Below, one piece after another: positions 60,518 through 64,000 of a DNA stretch of 64,000 bases (position 1 is the stretch's first letter; each line of letters begins with the position of its first letter). The stretch lies in contig JBHGNT010000015.1 in assembly GCA_043228905.1 (NCBI GenBank), forward strand, positions 16,554,001-16,618,000, given 5' to 3'. The notes under the pieces are model-generated. The model was given only the letters and a program-made list of their open reading frames with translations, ran no database searches and was not told where the DNA came from. Made by a program: the position numbers and the translations under genes. The stretch comes from Azolla caroliniana. Lineage: Eukaryota; Plantae; Polypodiophyta.

Positions 60518-61850
60518 GATCCTAAAATGTACTATATAGAAGATTATAGAATATTATATTATATACAAATGCATGCTCATATTAAAATGCTTGAGCATGA
60601 TATCTTGTAGATGTGAGGTTGCAGGTTCAATCCTCATTAACGACATATTTGATGTCACTGTGTCGTGACATATATCTCGCTTAATCCCAAGTTTTTTCCT
60701 CCAACCATCTAATTTACTTTTACGATCTCCCCTTGAATAAAATCTTGGTGATTCTATGTGACAACCACGGTCTATGAAACAAAATTTGGTGAACCCGACA
60801 CAAAGTGTCGTCAAAAGGGAGTCTCTTATAGTAGAAATGGCTAATTGCGGCTTCAATGTGGACACGGTCAACTTCATTATGAGCCAAATGATGCAAGAAC
60901 AAATTGGGGCTAACTTATTGGAAAGAGAGTTTGATACTAGCTATACAATTGGTTATTTAGAATATTGGTCATTTCAAACATGAAAATGTCACGAGATTTA
61001 TGAATGCCTATGAGTATCAAATGACCAATATTAAAGGGGCAACTAGGATACACATGGGGTTTAGTTCAATTCAGTGGTGACTTTAGAGGTTTTGAGTTAA
61101 GATAGTGGAATTTCAAGAAAGATTTTGTTTATTATGTGAGTATATGTAGGATGACCACACTAGAGTCACGAAAACGAGCTTTCTAAAATAGACCAACAAA
61201 GGAGGGAGAGGTCTCTTGGTGTGAGAATTATTGAGAGAATTTAAGAAAAAGTATAGCGAGTGCTCCACATGGGATTGAGAAGTTCTTCAATCAAATGAGG
61301 TGAATTTTCTCATGTAGACAACGAAGAAATTGTTTAGAAAAGATATGTTTGTGATCCTTCTTGTGGATCGAACAAAAATAGTTGGACTCGTGTTTAATTA
61401 GGACAGGGTCCCACAAACTTGTCTTATACTCCCAAGAAGGGCACTGCGAATGGAGGATGATTTTGAATGCTTGAAGATGATTATTGTGAGAGATCGTTCA
61501 ACACAAGAATTGACTACTCAAGTGAGAGGAGAAAACAAAAAAGAATTACAATCACCAGTTGACGAACTAATCAAAGGTATGAGGGATCTAAAGTTGAAGT
61601 TTGTCAAGTTCGAGAAAGTTGAAATCTCGAATCTAACAAAAACCCGAGGACAAAAAAAAAACTTCACAAACTTATACATATGGTGCAATAGCACCGAACA
61701 TTAGAAGAGGGATTATGTGAGTCATTAAGAAGCTATTGATGAAAATCTAATCTTTGATCAAGATGGGAACATTCATCAATGAGAAACTTGATAGCCTCGT
61801 CGATTTAACTTCGAAAAAGATAGAATGAAGAAGTAACGGAAGGAAGATGG
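60518..61850 (+). mobile_element. Degenerate relative of element C (LTR end, tRNA-Trp PBS, decayed gag); boundaries approximate
   Basis: TGGTGAACCCGAC at 60787; GHFKHENVTRF resembles C's GQFNGNDVSRY; decayed knuckle IWCNSTEH. Confidence 0.65.
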
Positions 61851-62619
61851 ATTAGATGGTCCAAAACTCATGCAAGAGCATAATATTTTTTACCTATGTG
61901 TTAATGATGTTGTGTTATGCTCAAATGATAGTATATGAAACAAAAATGACGACAATATAACCAAGAAACTACTTTATTCCTACATTCAAGGGAGAACCAA
62001 TACATGTGGTGCAAAACATTGAATATCTTTGTACTAATGTCCTTGCATGGATAAATAGGTGGAATTTATGTTGTTCATTGCCAATATCACATGATGTGAA
62101 AGCACCTTCACATGAAGGATTTTGTCTACTTTAAAATACTACTCCACTATATTTATATAGGAATGGAAATATGGGGTGTCATTATATTACTTAATACAAG
62201 GAATGAAATAGTCAAAATTCAAAACTTGTTCTTGCATAGGCCATTCAGAGTTAAATCCTTAACATCCTATCTATCACGGTATTAGAAAGAGGTGTTAGTG
62301 ATGCAAAGAATATATAAGTATATCATAAAAGTCAAGAATATGCCCAACCATAAACCACCAAAAACATATTTGGAACGTGGTACAAGATACAGAAAGCTAA
62401 AAAGCAAATCATCTCTTTTGGCAGGCTACTTGACATAGCAAAATAGTTTAAAGGATGGGGAGTAGAAGATCTATTAGAGCTCTCCGATGATGCCATAAAG
62501 TATGCGATCATCAAGGATAGATTATTGGAGACATTAACTATGAAGTAACAAGATGCCAAAATGTCAAAATTAGAATACTAAGTTACAAACGTTACCTCTC
62601 ATTAGTATTGACCCCCAAA

Positions 62620-63640
62620 TAAGGGTAATAAGATCCTTACATGTTATGGAGCACAAAATAGGGGTAATAGCATACGTTGATCGCAAAGGGTATATGGGCT
62701 CGCTAATAGAGGAAATCAAGTCACATTGGAAGTTGTCGGTCTTGGGTAAATAACCTTTGTTTAGATTGGCATGGGACCCAACTAACTAGTATCTATAGAC
62801 AAACCCATTTACTAGTAATAACTTTAATTCTTCCCATCTTCTATCCAATTGGGTAGACATATATTTGTCTGGTGTACGAGATGTTTTACCAATTGCATTT
62901 CAATATTGGGGTCAATAAGGTATTACTCCAAAGTTTCTTGCTAAATTTCATCTATGGGAAAGAAAACAACCATGACAAGTACTTCACGTGCAGTGGTTAC
63001 TTGCATTGGGCCTTGCCTGTTGGCACATGATTATACAAGATGGGTATATCCTCTCATTGTGTTCGTAGTCATTTGCAAGCTGAATCTCAGAAACATTGCC
63101 AATGGGACTACCTTGAGTGTCAAGGGGTATGGAAATGTCTCCAAAGAATATTAGCCATTTAGTTTCCCCCATCAATATTCACATGGGGCATAGTGGTTTG
63201 GACATTACTTGTTCGCTTTGTTTTTCATTATGATTTTGAGTCTCTGGACCATGGTTTTAGCACTAATTCCAGAGTAATGCATGTACTTCTTTTAGTGTCC
63301 ATGTAGTTTTTAGGAAGAAGGAAGGAGATGAAACCATTATGGCATAATCGATACTTTAAAAGGACAATGGGTTTGTCTTATTGGAGATTCTAAAACTAAA
63401 GCTACTCAACACCATCAGTTTCTTACTTTGTGGAAAGATACTCCACTTATGTCCTTGAAAGATGGTAACCCTTTTTGCCATTTTAAGCCACCATGATGGT
63501 TGTTCCCTCCACTTATCACTTAAGAATAATAAACATGGAAATGGTTTTATACTAATGAATAGATATCCTTTAAAATAAATGATTGGCCGCCATACAAGGT
63601 AATGATGATAGCATTTATCCAAACCACATGTAATTACCCC
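62620..63640 (-). mobile_element. Possible highly decayed Gypsy pol/integrase fragment inside an RTE 3' fragment
   Basis: Only weak broken motifs; the flanks at ~62550 and ~63780 resemble the RTE C-terminus. Confidence 0.3.
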
Positions 63641-64000
63641 CTTGAATGTTGGCTCTCAGAAGGTCCTTACACTTCTTTGGACAAAAAAACCCAAGTGTAT
63701 AGATTTGCAAAATTTTAAGTAAAAACCTAATGAAGGATTAGCAACACTTCTTGAATGATTAGCATATAATGTAATTCTCAAGAAGTATGATGACTTGCTA
63801 GATAGGCATGATAAATTAAGTTACATATTCAAATCTCCACAAATAAGGGTGAGCACATATGAGCCTGCATACTATCAATCTCCCTCTTAGGAAGGAGTCA
63901 CACACAAGATGATATGTTTATTAGGTCAAATGGATCAAAATTGTCATCTTTGTGAACAATAAAAATTATAATATAATCTTAGATAGTTACAGTGGCAATG

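Noticed and set aside
62984-63175. IFFGDIS as the missing GDSL exon 1
   Set aside because: It lacks the GDS serine and the downstream DTGN/GRFSDG motifs, and it lies in decayed transposon sequence.

Overview
Repeat-rich eukaryotic plant DNA, probably from a fern or another seedless plant (inferred from the PPR style and transposon families). There are two host genes: an intronless PLS-class PPR gene (5507-8194, +) and exons 2-5 of a GDSL esterase/lipase (57251-52968, -). The centre is a four-level nest of transposons, with target-site duplications (TSDs) at all four LTR insertions. A two-ORF RTEX-like LINE (~13.3-41.5 kb) contains Gypsy element A (15205-38935, TSD TCCAC). A's 3' LTR contains the related Gypsy element B (24155-38514, TSD GACAA). 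B contains a gag-only LTR element C (24847-28428, 4-bp TSD ATGG, tRNA-Trp primer site) and a solo LTR D (33115-33858, TSD GGAGG). Main finding: neither A nor B has a polypurine tract (PPT) next to its 3' LTR. Both instead carry a conserved ~40-nt sense copy of a tRNA 3' half (GTGGGTTCGA-[hairpin]-TCCCACGGGCGTGCCA) whose CCA ends exactly 2 nt before the LTR. This amounts to a second primer-binding site (PBS) on the minus strand, built like their normal 5' PBS. It suggests an LTR retrotransposon lineage that primes both cDNA strands with tRNA or a tRNA mimic. Both elements also share an extra coiled-coil ORF3. The rest of the window holds L1 and RTE-type LINE remnants, two hAT MITEs with 8-bp TSDs, solo LTRs and tandem repeats. 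tRNA assignments come from recalled plant tRNA sequences and need checking. Identity values are hand counts.
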